From Carcharhinus amblyrhynchos (lineage: Eukaryota), in the NCBI GenBank assembly GCA_965287045.1, contig OZ336880.1, positions 46,562,001 through 46,626,000 on the forward strand: a DNA stretch of 64,000 nucleotides, in the 5' to 3' direction. Within the stretch, counting starts at the first letter, position 1. Each line of letters begins with the position of its first letter. A program made the position numbers and the translations under genes. The notes beneath the pieces are model-generated. The model had not been told where the DNA came from. It made no database searches and saw only the letters and a list, made by a program, of their open reading frames with translations. Below, piece after piece: positions 13,021 to 25,600 of the stretch.

Positions 13021-13240
13021 ATCTTTTCTTGGCCTTTTGGCTAAGATCAAGCATAGCTTTAAGCAGGAGATCAAGTTTAGTGCCTGTTCTTGTCAGCTTG
13101 GATCCAGTATGTCTTTTTTGTGGGGGCCAAATTTAATTTGAACTTGAATTGGTTTTTGGAGCAAGTAAGCAAGCAGATGGATTAAGGGTTTGCACTGTCC
13201 ACAGTGCGCATTGGCATTTTAATTCTGAGAAAAGAATAAT
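13021..13240 (+). pseudogene. U2 snRNA-derived sequence (diverged retrocopy or U2-derived SINE-like element) with an internal 13-bp duplication
   Basis: ATCTTTTCTTGGCCTTTTGGCTAAGATCAAG matches the U2 5' end. It continues AGATCAAGTTTAGTGCCTGTTCTTGTCAG, the Sm-site-like GGTTTTTGGAGCA, AGATGGATTAAG and TTGCACTGTCCAC, all colinear with U2. Confidence 0.85.
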
Positions 13241-13689
13241 TTTTTTTTAAAGTCATTTATTTTGTACATTCATTAACAAAACTTCCTGTCCTGATGAGCA
13301 ACTTTTCTGTGGGGCTAGCTCCACACTATTAACACCTAATATCAGATGCTGGCCTTTTCAGAATGTGTTGAAATTCGACTTTTGGTAGCACTTTTCTGCA
13401 ACAGGAAGTTTTAATCTGGTTTTATTGGTTCTCAGCCAGCTGGGGACGGGGTTGGGTACAATTATGCATCTGCCAACAGCAACATTGTTTTCATGTCAAT
13501 GCACCCAAATGTCACCCACAGGCCACCCATTATTGCACTCCATGAGTCTGACTCACATCTGGGAGTAATGTCAGAGTGGACAGATGTAGTGAATGTGGTG
13601 TGTCAATGACAGGCGTTTCTAGGTTACATTAAAACCTAGATACAGGAGCTCAACACAAACTCATAAAATATCAAACAAAGAAAGGAAAC

Positions 13690-14620
13690 AGTTAAATCCC
13701 AAATAGTTAGTCAAGGGCATAGACAATGAGTTATGTAACACCACGTAACTGCACAGTAGCAGATCAAATGCAATGCAAATAAGTATAAAATATCTTACAC
13801 TGTAAGAAAATGAGGAATATCTCCACTCAATAAATAGTCATGAAATAGCTACAAGAATCATACATACATATGAATTAGGAAAAGGAATAGGCCATTCAGC
13901 CCCTCAAGCCAGCTCTGCTGATTTGATTGTGGCTTCTACTTTTCCTTCTACCCCTTAAACCCTTTAATTCCCTTATCAATCAAGAACATATCTAACTCAG
14001 CCTTAAAGATTTTCAATGACCCTGCCTCCTCTGCTCTCTGGGTAAGAAACATTGAAATGACTCTAGCATTGGTTAAGTAGATTTCACAATTAGTCATTTC
14101 ACTGCAGTAATTAACATAAAAAGCAGAATGATGAATTGTATTGCCAAATCTGTAGAGTTTAAGTTGGAGGATGTCATACTAAATTGTACAATGCTCTGGT
14201 CTGAACGTACCCTGACTACAATTTTGGTCATGAAAATACAAAGGAGGCATTCAAGCCCTCAAAGTGGTGCAGAAAAGAGTCATGAGGTTGCTCCCCAGTG
14301 TCAGATTATCAGTTAAGAAAAAAGACTGGAGGAATTTAGGCTTTTAATCCTTGAAAGGTGGTGATTAAGAAGGGATCTCACTAAAGTACACGGTATAGAA
14401 AAGCTAAATATGGAACATCCTTCATTAAACTATGAAAGGAGATCAAACTGGTAAAATGCAAATTTAAGACTGATGCTTGGAAGTTCTTCATTTGTAGATC
14501 AATAAATATAGGATAGGACTGGACAAAATTGAAGAAGAACATCTGGAATCACAGGAAAAGACTGTAAATTTGGTCTGAATGGAGGAGCTAAGTTATTCTG
14601 AATCTGACTCTATTTTGTGA
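13690..14620. mobile_element. Old + strand CR1 RT/3' remnant with a nested minus-strand CR1 3' end (about 13870-14045)
   Basis: Degenerate CR1 RT-coding sequence on + (GCAGAATGATGAATTGTATTGCC, AGGGATCTCACT), interrupted by a reverse CR1 tail (GAATAGGCCATTCAGCCCCTCAAGCC). Confidence 0.6.
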
Positions 14621-15099
14621 TATATGACATAGATTAATAAAATAGAAACCTCATGCAATGCACCAAAACACAAAAGTCTGGACATTACTCTAAGCAGTTA
14701 CCTTGTGAACTCTCAACTTTTGGATTATAAGGCAGTTAACAAAACATGTATTCATAGTAAGACACAGTGGGTCGGGCCAACATGGTTTATGGGTGCCAAT
14801 TTGCAATTTAGCAATGTTATACTAGAAAACTGGCACGAGTGTGAATTTGGCACTGCACTTATAATGAAATCAGCATAAACATTTTCAAATTAAAACAGAC
14901 ATCACCATTAGCTTCTATAGCAATCAGATAGGCAGAAACATCTGATCTATTTAATACATCCAAGTCCACTGGATCATTTGAGATTACCTCAACAGCTTGA
15001 TGTAAAAAAGCAGGAATTAATTCTGGGAGTTTTACTAGCTAGGTCTTAATGCTGTTGGTTCAATGTTCATGGTCAACACAGTAAATTGCCTTTTGAGGT

Positions 15100-15490
15100 T
15101 CAAAGCTAAGGCGTGATTTATGTCAAAGGAGTGATGTTGAAGTTATAGCTGGCCTTGATGAAGTTCTGTCTACAATACTGAGTATAGTCTTGGCCTCCAT
15201 AATAAATAGAACTACTGGAAGCAATCCAGAGGAAATAACAAGGCTGATTCCAGAACTAAGAGAGTTGAGTTATGAGAAATGATTTTCCATTCTGGACCTT
15301 TATTTTTAGGAGAGAAAAATGGACACAATAAGGTGTTTCTTTTTAAAATTGTTGAAGGTATACAGGTTTGGATTTAAGAAAGTTCTTAGCCATAAAATTA
15401 TGGGACTTAAGGAAACACTGAAAATAAAAGAGGGTCAAAGAAAAATACAGACATCCAGATTGTGCTGGGCAACAGACTGTTGACAATGAA
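15100..15490 (+). mobile_element. Old CR1 RT C-terminal remnant
   Basis: CTGGAAGCAATCCAGAGGAAATAACAAGGCTGATTCCAGAACTAAGAGAGTTGAGTTATGAG resembles LEAIQRRFTRLIPELRGLSYE. Confidence 0.65.
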
Positions 15491-17869
15491 CTATCAGCTT
15501 TTGCCATTATTACCCCTTTGAAACTGAGTGCAACTTCAGAATCTGCAGCACTTCCAGCCTCCCGAACTAGCGATCATTGAAACCAGCAGGAACATCAACT
15601 TTCTCACTCCCCCATTACTGTTAGAAATCCCACTAATGTTATACCCTGATAAATCAGGTGTAACTCTGTTTTTAATGGTGATGTCAATAATAAAATTTAA
15701 TGAACAATAAAACTGACACTGAAAATGTAATTTTATAACCATGGAGTGCTGTTAAACAATTAATAAGCAGATTTTTAAACCTAATTTTCTTACATAATTT
15801 TTTCAAGGTGGTCTTTCAGGATACTTAGCTTCTAACTTTGCTTCATCTGACTGCCCAATCTTTAATCTGTGTCCATTTTTACAAGTGATTTATTTTACTG
15901 ATGTTTGTTTCCTGGTTGTGTGAATGTGAAAATCCTTTAATGTGACGAGTTGCTTCAACAACTTAATGACATCACTCCAGCTCTGCAGTGGGAATTTCCC
16001 CAGTAATTAATGTTGCAATCCAATTGCAGTACCACCACACGATGACAGAGTGAAATTCTCACCAGAGAGATCGCTAGGTCTCTCAGTAGGCCAGCTGCAA
16101 GTACTCTTGCTTCGCTGTCAACTGCAAATTCAAAGTTCTGGAAATTGACTACTGGTCGTAATGATTGAAAAAAAACCATGGCAGGTTTTTAGAAAAAGAA
16201 ACAGATGAATTCTTGTTAGTACAAGATTATTAGTTCTAGAATCATAGTTAAGTTTGGATTGGAAGGCTAGATGGGCAAATGGTCTTCTTACTTGCAAGTC
16301 TGGATGACTTTGCATTAGTAGAGGTCATATCATAGTTAATTTTGCAAAAAGCAAACAAGATATAGAATGGAACTTTTCCTACCCTGTCAATAATATGAGA
16401 AAAACATACATCCTGCTTTTGTGCAGAACTCCATATAATTAAGAGATAAAAACACAGAATCTGAAAATACAAAGGAACTATGTACGTATCCAAAAAGAGG
16501 AAAGGTAAGTTAATGTTCCGTTTAGAGATTCTCCTGAAGCTCAAAAAAGAATCTCATTCATACAATGAGAAAGTCTGTAGCAGTATTCAAAGTCCTAAAT
16601 AAACTGAGGTCTACTTGGTTAACAGAGAGCTGCTGGCTTTTTACATCTATACACCATTATTCTCTGCAATGTTAGCTACAAGGCAGCAACAGATCTTCCA
16701 TCTCCAGGGTGCAGATGTAATATTGTTCTCCAGCAAAGTAATTAGAAGTTTGAGTAAAATGCCAGGTGCTGCTGAATCACATTTTTCATGCTGAGTGTTT
16801 TGCAATGGTTGGGCTGTTAAACATGTCCTCATCAGGAGGTGACAGGAGGATTTGTGGGGGAGGGCTTCTATTAAATTTGTCTTGAAAACAAATTACCTTT
16901 TACAATACAACTCTGAAATTGCCAAAACTGCGCATTTTGCATTTTACAAAGACATTTAAGTAAACAGATTTCACCTGCCCCTGGTGCATGCATGTGCTGG
17001 CTTTCCCAATAACATCTACCATGAATTACAGTTGCTGGCTTGCTGTGTGTAAACACATTGTAATTTGTATCAGAAGATTTCAATTTGCGTCAGCAGGATG
17101 CAAATTCATTCCACACCAATCATGGAAACAATGTTCAAGTAAAGATTTGCTCATACCAATTCAAGACTTTGCTAAATAATTTCTTTTCTCCGAACCTTAT
17201 GCAAATATATTTTATTTTACACTGTTTAATCGCCCACAAATGTGATTCAGGTTATTTGACCAATGTCATTATCTGGTTCACAAAGCAGCATAGGGTGGCT
17301 AAATATTAATCTGAAGAAAGTAACAAGAGTAGCCCATTATTGCATTTATGACTTAAACCTGTAGTTGTTTTGTGCAATCCGCCTTTATGTTTGTTACTTC
17401 TAAAATTTGGGTAATAGACAAAACTTGTATTCACCAAAGTATTTTCCGAGGGTAGGAATTTTGTGCAGTGAATTGCAATATTATAAATTTTTGAATGAGT
17501 AAAATTCAAAATCACAGGAATTGTATTTAGTGAGTAGTATGTAAGATGGGTAGTTGTGAACATTCTATATCATGAAAGGTTTTGCAGCTAGTACATGACT
17601 GACTGGCCCACATGCTGGAAAACATGCTGATTTGTTGCTTTCTAATAAACGTGAAATTTGAGTTTCACAAAAGTTTTAACTGAGAAAATGGAATAATCAA
17701 TTTCATGAAAACAATTTTCAGAATAGGCAAACTGCTTCTGCAGTTGCTCTCCGATACATAAAAATAAGAGTTAAACATAATAAGGACATTAATATTAAAA
17801 TTTTTTAAAAACTCTGAATACTTCCAATTTTCTTCAATTCACCATTGACAAATATCTTCAGTTGAATTG

Positions 17870-18062
17870 CTCTAAACTCTGGAATCCCACTCCCCCCTTT
17901 AAACCGCTCCTCAAGACCTCTTTGATCAAGCCTTTGGGCATGTGTCATAATATTGCTGTATATAGCCAGATTTCAAATTTTGTTTGATAATTGTTCCTGT
18001 GAAGTGCCTCAGGATTTGTTTCACTTCATTAAAAGCACTATATAAATATTAAGTTGCTGTTA
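17870..18062 (+). mobile_element. L2-type 3' tail (L2 LINE or L2-tailed SINE)
   Basis: CTCTGGAAT...ACCTCTTTGATCAAGCCTTTGG...CCTGTGAAGTGCCT...GCACTATATAAATATTAAGTTGCTGTT. Confidence 0.6.
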
Positions 18063-18434
18063 TAAATATACACATTTAATTTTTTAATATTTCCAATAAT
18101 TTTCCCTTTCTCGGACTGTTGAGGAACAGAAGTGGTTGTGAGACCTCTGATTATAAGAACTTTGAGTTGAGTTTGGGTTCTGGTGCATTCATGACCACAC
18201 TGACTGAGGGTTCAGTATTCAGCTTATCTCTCAGTAGTAATTGCAACGACCATTATAGTGTTTTTCTTCATTTTTCTTCTTTGACTGTACAGGCAGAGTC
18301 TCAAAGTTTAGTATTCCTTAGTGCTGTTTTTTCTTTCACTCTGCTTGATATATCCATGATTCGGACTTTTCCAAACTGCCTGTCTCTCAAAAAAGATGAT
18401 TAGCAAATTCAAAATGCAAATGTCATATCCAATT

Positions 18435-20930
18435 TGTGAAATTGCTCCTTTCGTGAAACGGGCACTGGTCGAAATGATTTCATGAACTGGGCAAATGCAT
18501 GGCGCAGATAATAAAATATGCATTTTTAAAGTTGTTCAATAACATAAGTGTGAACACTTTAAATTTGGGAAAATAAGCTTGTCTACAAAGGGACAAGTGC
18601 TGGTTCGTGGAAGGTGTAAAATTTAATACAAGTCTCAAAAGGACCAGTTCACATCTGCTTATTTGACTTGAAAACAAACGATGGGAGATATGGAATTCCA
18701 TGCTGGAACTGAAAATAACATGGTATAGACTTTGTTGTACCCAGACGGAAATGTGATGGCATTCACATCTCTTGGCAAGTAACACTTAACAGTTCACTGG
18801 TGACAAGTTCATCTCTCCTTTGTTGTCCCCAGATGGAAATATGATGGCATTCACACCTTTTGAAGAACCAGTATACAAGCACAGAAATCTTGGCTATCTA
18901 ACATAACCCCTGAAAACACCGAAGATGGATGACGTATTGAAAGCTGTGATGTTTTGTTGTCTATTGAATATGAACAGGAGGTCATTGCTGTCCTCAAATG
19001 TGGGAAAACTGGACAGAAACTCTCAAGAGATGAATATCATATTCTGAAAACATTTGTGCTTACATTTCTGGGTGATGTGGATGAGATTATCAAGAGCAAT
19101 GCTAAGTGCATGGCTGTGAAGGAAGCAGTCCTATACATCATGCAACAAGCCCGAATTAAAATTGGCCATGGTGGTGAAAAAACTCAAGGAACTTTCAGAG
19201 AAGCGTGCAAGCATCCAACAGTCTCTAATAAGAGCACATCAGCAGTGAGACCTTTGTCTGTCATCAACTTGAATGAATGTGAACAAATAGACCTAGTTGA
19301 TATACAGACTATGAAGGGCAGAAATTATCATTTCATACTGCACTACTTGACCAAGTTCCACATCATTCATCCTCTGAAATGCAAGACAGCAGCTGAGGTT
19401 GCCTATGAGCTACTTTGCATATCTCTAAATATTGGAGCTTCACATTTTCTTCAGTCACTTAACAGAAGAGAGTTTGCGGCACTGGTCATCTACAAACTGA
19501 CAACACTTTGGAAAGAACTGGTATTAGTCAACAGGTATCCCAGACACCCTCAGAGTCAAGGCTCTGTGGAATCTAATAATGGTGACACAAAACTGAAACT
19601 AATGGCCTGGATGCCTTACAACAGCTGTGATCAGTGGAGTTATGATGTCCATTTTGTTTAGTAGGCAATGAACAGCAATAACCATGAAGCTATAAAAAAT
19701 GGTTTCTTATCAAGCACTCACTGGAAACAAATCATGGTGCAGCCTCAGATCAAAGTTGCCAGATGAGTTCCCTGACAGAATCTTCACAGTCACTGAAGAA
19801 CAACAACTGGAAAGACTTTTTGAGGAGAATATGGAAAATCTTCATCTTGAACTAGCCCCAGGACCATCCACTATTGAGTTGGCCCCATGGGTCACCCAAG
19901 AATGATAACCCTGAGCCAGCCCCTGATCTTTCAACATGAACAATCCTGAGACATCCCCAAGACTATCCTCCATTATTGACACTTAGCAGGCCTCTGAATC
20001 ATCCACTACTGATGAAGAACTTCATCCTGCCAATTAATACCAGGGCATGATACAGCAAGCCAAGCAATTGTGGCATGCAACACAAGGTTACGTCAGATTG
20101 CAGGTGTTGGAGACAATGTGGCTGTCCCAGTGCCAGCATTTGACCTCAGCAAAGATGACCCACCAAATGTTACAGGTACTGTGCTGGCAGCAGATAGGAC
20201 TGGTTACACCATTGGAATAGATAGGGGGATTGTAAAAGGTAAATTTGCCAGGAATCAGTTTGAGTCGAGCAGTAAATGGATTGAGTGCAGAAGACATTCC
20301 ACCAGAACAACTCAACCTTTGCGAAATTGTACATGCCCAAAGTGTTTGTGGTGGGCAAGGCAGTAACTGCTTATCAAGGTGATGTCCCTGCTTGAAAGCT
20401 GGTCTCCACTGCAACAGTGCCTGTCACAGGCATAAGTCCTGTGACAACACTGACCAGTGCTGGCATATTAAGTACGTATGGATTGTACTTTTGATTTTGT
20501 ATGCATTGATGTATAAAGTATTTGAATGGATGTCATCTTGAATGAAATGTAACAGAACACAAATCAATGAATTTGAATTATTTGGATGTCACAATGAATC
20601 TGAAATGTACTTTGAATAAAGGCACATTATGCCTTTCTATGCAAATCTATGAATTGCATTTTTATTTATTTTTGATGTACTGTATTCATTAATGAATCTA
20701 TGCTATATCTTAATGGTTTGGATACAATTCTGAATGAAACATAAGAGGACAGTAAAGCAAATTAAGTAAATTAAACATTCGTGAATGAAATTGTACTTTC
20801 CATTCATAAAAGCTGGTCATTTCATGAACTGGACAAGTTTTCCAATGCCCATTTCATGAACTGGGTGGTCAAAGTGCCTTTCATGAACTGTAATGATAGA
20901 CTGCCCATTTCAAGAAAGTGAAATGAAATG
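18435..20930 (+). mobile_element. Decayed Ginger2/TDD-like DNA transposon (KRBA2/SCAND3-type DDE integrase)
   Basis: Imperfect TIRs at 18448-18464 and 20902-20918 (15/17 match), repeated subterminal TTTCATGAACTG motifs, and an internal broken integrase ORF. Confidence 0.75.
18954..20455 (+). pseudogene. Disrupted integrase/transposase ORF of the Ginger2-like element
   Basis: Motifs IGHGGEK, QIDLVD, HPLKCKTAAEVAYEL, LQSLNRREF (family form LQSDNGREF), PRHPQSQGSVE, VGDNVAVPVPAFD...FARNQF and C-terminal CPCLKAGLHCNSACH..SCDN. Several stops and frameshifts. Confidence 0.85.
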
Positions 20931-21545
20931 TTAAAGAGAAAAGGGAAAAAGTGAAACAAATCCAGAAAGATACAAATACAAGGGTTCAGAGAATGAGAGA
21001 TTATCAAATATTTAGATAGAGAAAAGATACATAAATTATCAACACAGGAATGAGAAAGGCCACTCAGTTCACCTTAGCTTATTCATCCTGAAGGCAGGTA
21101 CAGTTCTGACAATCACTCCAGATGTGTCACCACCACCACACTCACCGCCAGCAAACCCTTTCATGACAATAACTGCTTCCAAAATTGTGCTGAATTTTGT
21201 GCCTTTAGTATCAAACTTGGAAGCTCATTCTGTATGTTGGTCATATTTGTGAAGAAGAATGTCTTGCTATCAGTCCTGGAAAAGTCACTTCCTATTTTGA
21301 ATCTATGTTCCCTTGTCCGTGAGCAATAGGAATATAATAATCTGATCCATACTTGGTAGAATATGACAGAACATTATATTCCTAATATTTACCGTGTGCA
21401 GGAATGAAATAAGAATCCTGTTTAATTCTCTTTATTCTATCAAGCCATGATTAAATAATAAAAAGAAACAGGTAAGTAAAAGAAAAGCTGCAAGTATTTA
21501 TGCAAATTATGATTCCAACCCAGCAATCAAGGTGAAAAAACTTAC

Positions 21546-21643
21546 CATGATGCCAAATTTCAGGATGTCCATGAAAGTAAGAGCCTATCCCATGACCAAT
21601 GAAATAAGGACACACTTGCAGGCCATTGGCATCTGCTATCTGA
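21546..21643 (-). CDS. METAP1D: METAP1D internal exon (98 nt; exon 7 by human numbering as recalled)
   Basis: Acceptor CCTACAG, donor GTAAG. Encodes (S)QIADANGLQVCPYFIGHGIGSYFHGHPEIWHH, with the GHGIG metal-binding motif of methionine aminopeptidases. Confidence 0.97.
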
Positions 21644-22142
21644 CTGTAGGTAATAATGAAAGAAATAATCAGCTTTGACATTCATGTAGGAAGTTGGCAC
21701 AGAACACAATATTAAAATATATTTTTACATGTTTTGTTTCCATACATCCCAGCCATGAATAGCAATGTTTTCTCAGGCCTCTCTGTCAATGCTGCTGGAA
21801 CCTCACTTCTTCTGCTCTTTATTTTGAGGGGGGAGGGGTGAATCTTGAGTAATACTTGTTTTATTTTGTTGAACCAAGTTCTACAAATCGCCAACAATTG
21901 AATGCCAACTGGGGTTTGCTACATTTACCTATCAGGGAATTCTGCAGCTGCTTAAATGATAACTATACACCAGACAGCATGGTAAATGATTGTGCTGTAG
22001 TTTACAACTATTATCATAAGTTGGGCATCTGAAGTATATGAGAGCAGCGTTTGATGAACTGGATTCAGGTTTCCCCTCATTTTTTCCTCAGGGGAAAATG
22101 CATCAGTAACAATCAGTATTTTGTCATGTGACTCTACTGAAT

Positions 22143-22462
22143 ACACGGTGGCACAGTGATTAGCACTGCTGCCTCACAGGGACCTGGGTTTGATTCTGGC
22201 CTCGGGTGATTGAGATCTGTGTGGAGTTTGCACATTCTCCCTGTGTTCGTGTGGGTTTTTTCCAGATGCTCCAGTTTCCTCCCACAGACCAGAGATGTGC
22301 AGGTTTATATTTATTAGCCATGCTAAATTGTCCCTTAATGTCAGGGGGGATTAGCAGGGTAAGTACATGGGAGTTACGAGGATATGGCTTGGATGGGATT
22401 GTTGTTGGTGCAGGCTCGCTGAGCCAAATGGTCTCCTTCTGCACTACAGGGGTTCCATAATT
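22143..22462 (+). mobile_element. HE1-like V-SINE
   Basis: CACGGTGGCACAGTGATTAGCACTGCTGCCTCACAG head, V core, and AATGGTCTCCTTCTGCACT tail. Confidence 0.9.
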
Positions 22463-22696
22463 CAGAAATGTACTTTCTTGGAATTTAGAACACATTAATG
22501 TTCCAGTATTGTCGGGTAAAAAATGTGTGCAAGTATTGACCCTATCTTCAGGTGTGTTAAGACTTTTTGAAAATCTGTTCTTTTATATGCAAAAGGTATA
22601 GGGTTTTACTTGAACCACATCCTTTCAGCATATCTAATTATACATGGCATATTCTGTATGTTCAGCTGAAGAATTACAGCACATTAGATATCATTG

Positions 22697-23460
22697 CTGT
22701 TATGATCCCAGCTGATGTTATTGCTGGACAAGTCAGACCCTAGAATGGAACCTGGCTTGGCAGATCATATTTTTACAAATGTTTTTAAACCAAGGAAGAT
22801 ATTTACTGAACTGATTCACAACAGTCTGCTGTAGACTTTCTAACAAAACTATAATACACTTATTAAACAAAAAAAAATTGACTATGTTACACTTGGCAAC
22901 AAAAAGGTTGGAAAGATTACAACACAGGCACAAAGAAAAAATAATTCAAATTCATACTATCCATCTTATCCCAGCAATACGCTTACAAACCCAATACTCC
23001 AGTGAAGAGATACCACTATTTCGCACCAAGGGTAAAGCTGGTTCCATTGCAAAAAAGGTTTATTTTCCACTGGACTCAAAACACTCACTAGACTTTCTTC
23101 CACAATTGGTATCTCCCTTGAGATCCAGAAAACTTACTCTAATTTCACTACTGCCTTAACTTTAGAGCAATATACACAAAGTTCCTTAATTCATTTCCTC
23201 AGCAGTTTAACATCATTTTCAGTAAGAGAGGGCCTTAGACCTTTCTGTCTTCATCAACTGGAACAAAAACTGATTTTCTTCTCTCTCCCTATATCTCTGT
23301 GTAGATCTTTTCTCTGATCCACTGTTGCTAGGCAACAGCAGTTTTTCCTGCATTTTGCGTTTGTTTTTACTTCCCTGAACTACTAATGCATTGGTAACCC
23401 ATCTCTTCAAGAGTTGTAAAAGTTCATTAAAAAATTATGTATACAAACATGGTCCCAGAC
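22697..23460. mobile_element. Probable LTR / 5' leader fragment of a Gypsy-type element
   Basis: Starts TGTTATGATCCCAGCTG and has LTR-like composition. Loosely similar to the block at 59440-60080. Boundaries are uncertain. Confidence 0.35.
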
Positions 23461-23559
23461 TTGCTGCACTCAGATTTCACCTTTTTAAATTCTCAAATTT
23501 AAAAAATTAAACTTAAAGTTAGATCCTCTTCCTAATATCCACAAATACAAATATATCTT

Positions 23560-25600
23560 AGTTAAAACTATATTTAATTCCGAACACTGCATATAACAAC
23601 TTACATTTACGTGCCTTAACGTAACAGGATACTTCACAGAAGTGTTATAAAACAAAGTATAACACTGAGACACATGAGGAGATCTTGTGTCAGATAACCA
23701 AGCAGAAGTGCTTTGGAATAGTTAAATCTAGACATAATGAAGATATGAAATGTTTCAGCAGCTGATGAAGGGATGAATTTGCATGATTTATAGAGATGGA
23801 AATAAATGGCACAATTGATGGCTGGGACCTCATCTTGGGATTAAAGATGATGGCTAAATTGTAAACATATTGGTTTAGCCTCAGAGTGTTGCCAAGGAGA
23901 GAACATAAGAACATAAGAACATAAGAAATAGGAGCAGGAGTAGGCCATCTAGCCCTTCGAGCCTGCCCCGCCATTCAATAAGATCATGGCTGATCTGTTG
24001 TGGCTCAGTTCCACTTTCCCACCCTCTCCCCATAACCCTTAATCCCCTCTCTTATCAAGAACCCATCAACCCGCGTCTTAAAAATATTTAGCGAGGCAGC
24101 CTCCACCACTTCAACGGGCAGAGAATTCCAGAGATTCACCACCCTTTGAGTGAAGAAGTTCCTCCTCAACTCTGTTCTAAACCGCCTCCCCTTTATCTTG
24201 AGGCTGTGCCCCCTAGTCCTACTGTCTTTTTTGAGAGAGATGAAATCAATTACTAAGGAATGAAGTTTGGAGCGGGGATTGAAAACAATGGTTTCAGTAT
24301 TCCCAATATTCAATCAAAAGAAATTTCTGCCAATCCAAAATGAATGTTAGATAAGCAGCCCAATAATTTAGCAATAATGGAATTGTCAAGAGAGGTGGTG
24401 GTCTAGCAGAGCTGGCTGCTGTCAGTGTACATGTGAAAAGTTACAGTGTGGTTTTGGATGATGTTACTGAAGGACAAATGCTAAATTGGAATGGGTCAGA
24501 GATAGGTCCTTGTGGTGTTGGTGGCGGTGGGGCGGTGCGGTGTGCATGGGGAAGCAGAGGTAACAGTGTGGGAGAAGGAAAAGACATTGAAAGTGATACT
24601 CAGGCAATAGTTAAGAATGAAATCAGGTGAGGGCAATTCTGCCCATTTCAATTACAGTGGAGAGACCTTTGCAGACAAAAATGTGTTTCAAAGGTTGCAC
24701 ACAGGTTGAGAAGGGTGAGGAGGAATAGTTCATGATTGTTACATAGGAAGTTATTTGTGACTTTTATAAGAGTCATTTCAACGTTATGGCATGGACAGAA
24801 ACCCAATTGGAGGGATTCACATACGGGGCTGGATTTATACTCTTGTTGCAGGTAGCTACTAGAAATGACTACCTTTGACGTCCTACTTTTTTGACCTGCT
24901 CCCTAGCTCCTGAAAATTTGACAATAGGACCTCTCTACATTCTCCCTGTTGTTGATACTGATATATACCACAACCTTTGGCTCACTCCTTTTTTTTTGGC
25001 CGGGGGGGGTAGGGCAAGAGGGTTCCTCACCATACAGCAGAAAGTTGGAAATTTTTCTTAAGATGCAACTTTTACATTTTAAAATTTTTCAAAGTCCCTC
25101 GCTTCATGAAAAAAACAAATTGATGAAGTAAATGCATTGTAATATTTTCAATGTCTAATTCTGACCTCAAAATCCATTTTAAAAATCAAAGTACTGTATG
25201 AGGAATTGTGAATAACTTTAGTGTACTTTTTCCTGATACTTTTCTTAATGAGAGATGGCACGGAAAATTGAAAGCATTGAAAAGGAGCGGGACAGTGAAT
25301 AAAGTCAGTGTTCAGGAAAGTTAGTTCACACATCATAAATTGGATGGGGAGAGGATTACAGAGGCAGGAGACAGTTTCATGGGAGAACTGATCTTTGAGA
25401 GGTCAAAAGCTGAAGATAGGAAAAACAGTAACATATTGAGGAGGCTTAATGTAAATGCAGAGCTAGGAATGGTCAGGGTGGGGATTGGGGATGGAAAATG
25501 ACAGCTGAAATAATTGTTCAGACAGCGTCAATTCTAGAGAAATGCATTAGCTTTTTGCGTTTGCTGTTTGAAGTGAGGATGGAATAGTTGGATGAAGGGG
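23560..25600 (-). mobile_element. Degenerate L2-clade LINE remnant, interrupted by a young CR1
   Basis: Minus-strand translation LNIGNTETIVFNPRSKLHSL (L2 RT C-terminal motif LN..KTE.IVF), and a YTDSSQLC variant of YADDTQLY near 24410-24430. Confidence 0.7.
23902..24232 (-). mobile_element. Young 5'-truncated CR1 LINE
   Basis: Nearly identical to 42600-42925. Has a (TTCTTATG)n tail and GAGAG(A) on both flanks as a probable TSD. Confidence 0.95.

Noticed and set aside
13021-13215. Functional U2 snRNA gene
   Set aside because: The branch-point recognition sequence is mutated, there are internal insertions, the 3' stem-loop is missing, and no PSE or 3' box was recognised.
18954-19661. Domesticated KRBA2/SCAND3 orthologue
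   Set aside because: It has stops, frameshifts and a lost catalytic Asp, no KRAB or SCAN domain, and is flanked by TIRs. It is a transposon relic.
21451-21681. 76-aa ORF as a standalone gene
   Set aside because: Only 21546-21643 is the METAP1D exon; the remainder is intron read-through.
22143-22215. tRNA genes at SINE heads
   Set aside because: The A and B boxes run directly into V-SINE cores and there is no complete cloverleaf.
24005-24313. In-frame L2-CR1 chimeric ORF (102 aa)
   Set aside because: This is a chance in-frame junction made by a CR1 inserting into a dead L2. There is no promoter or evidence of selection.
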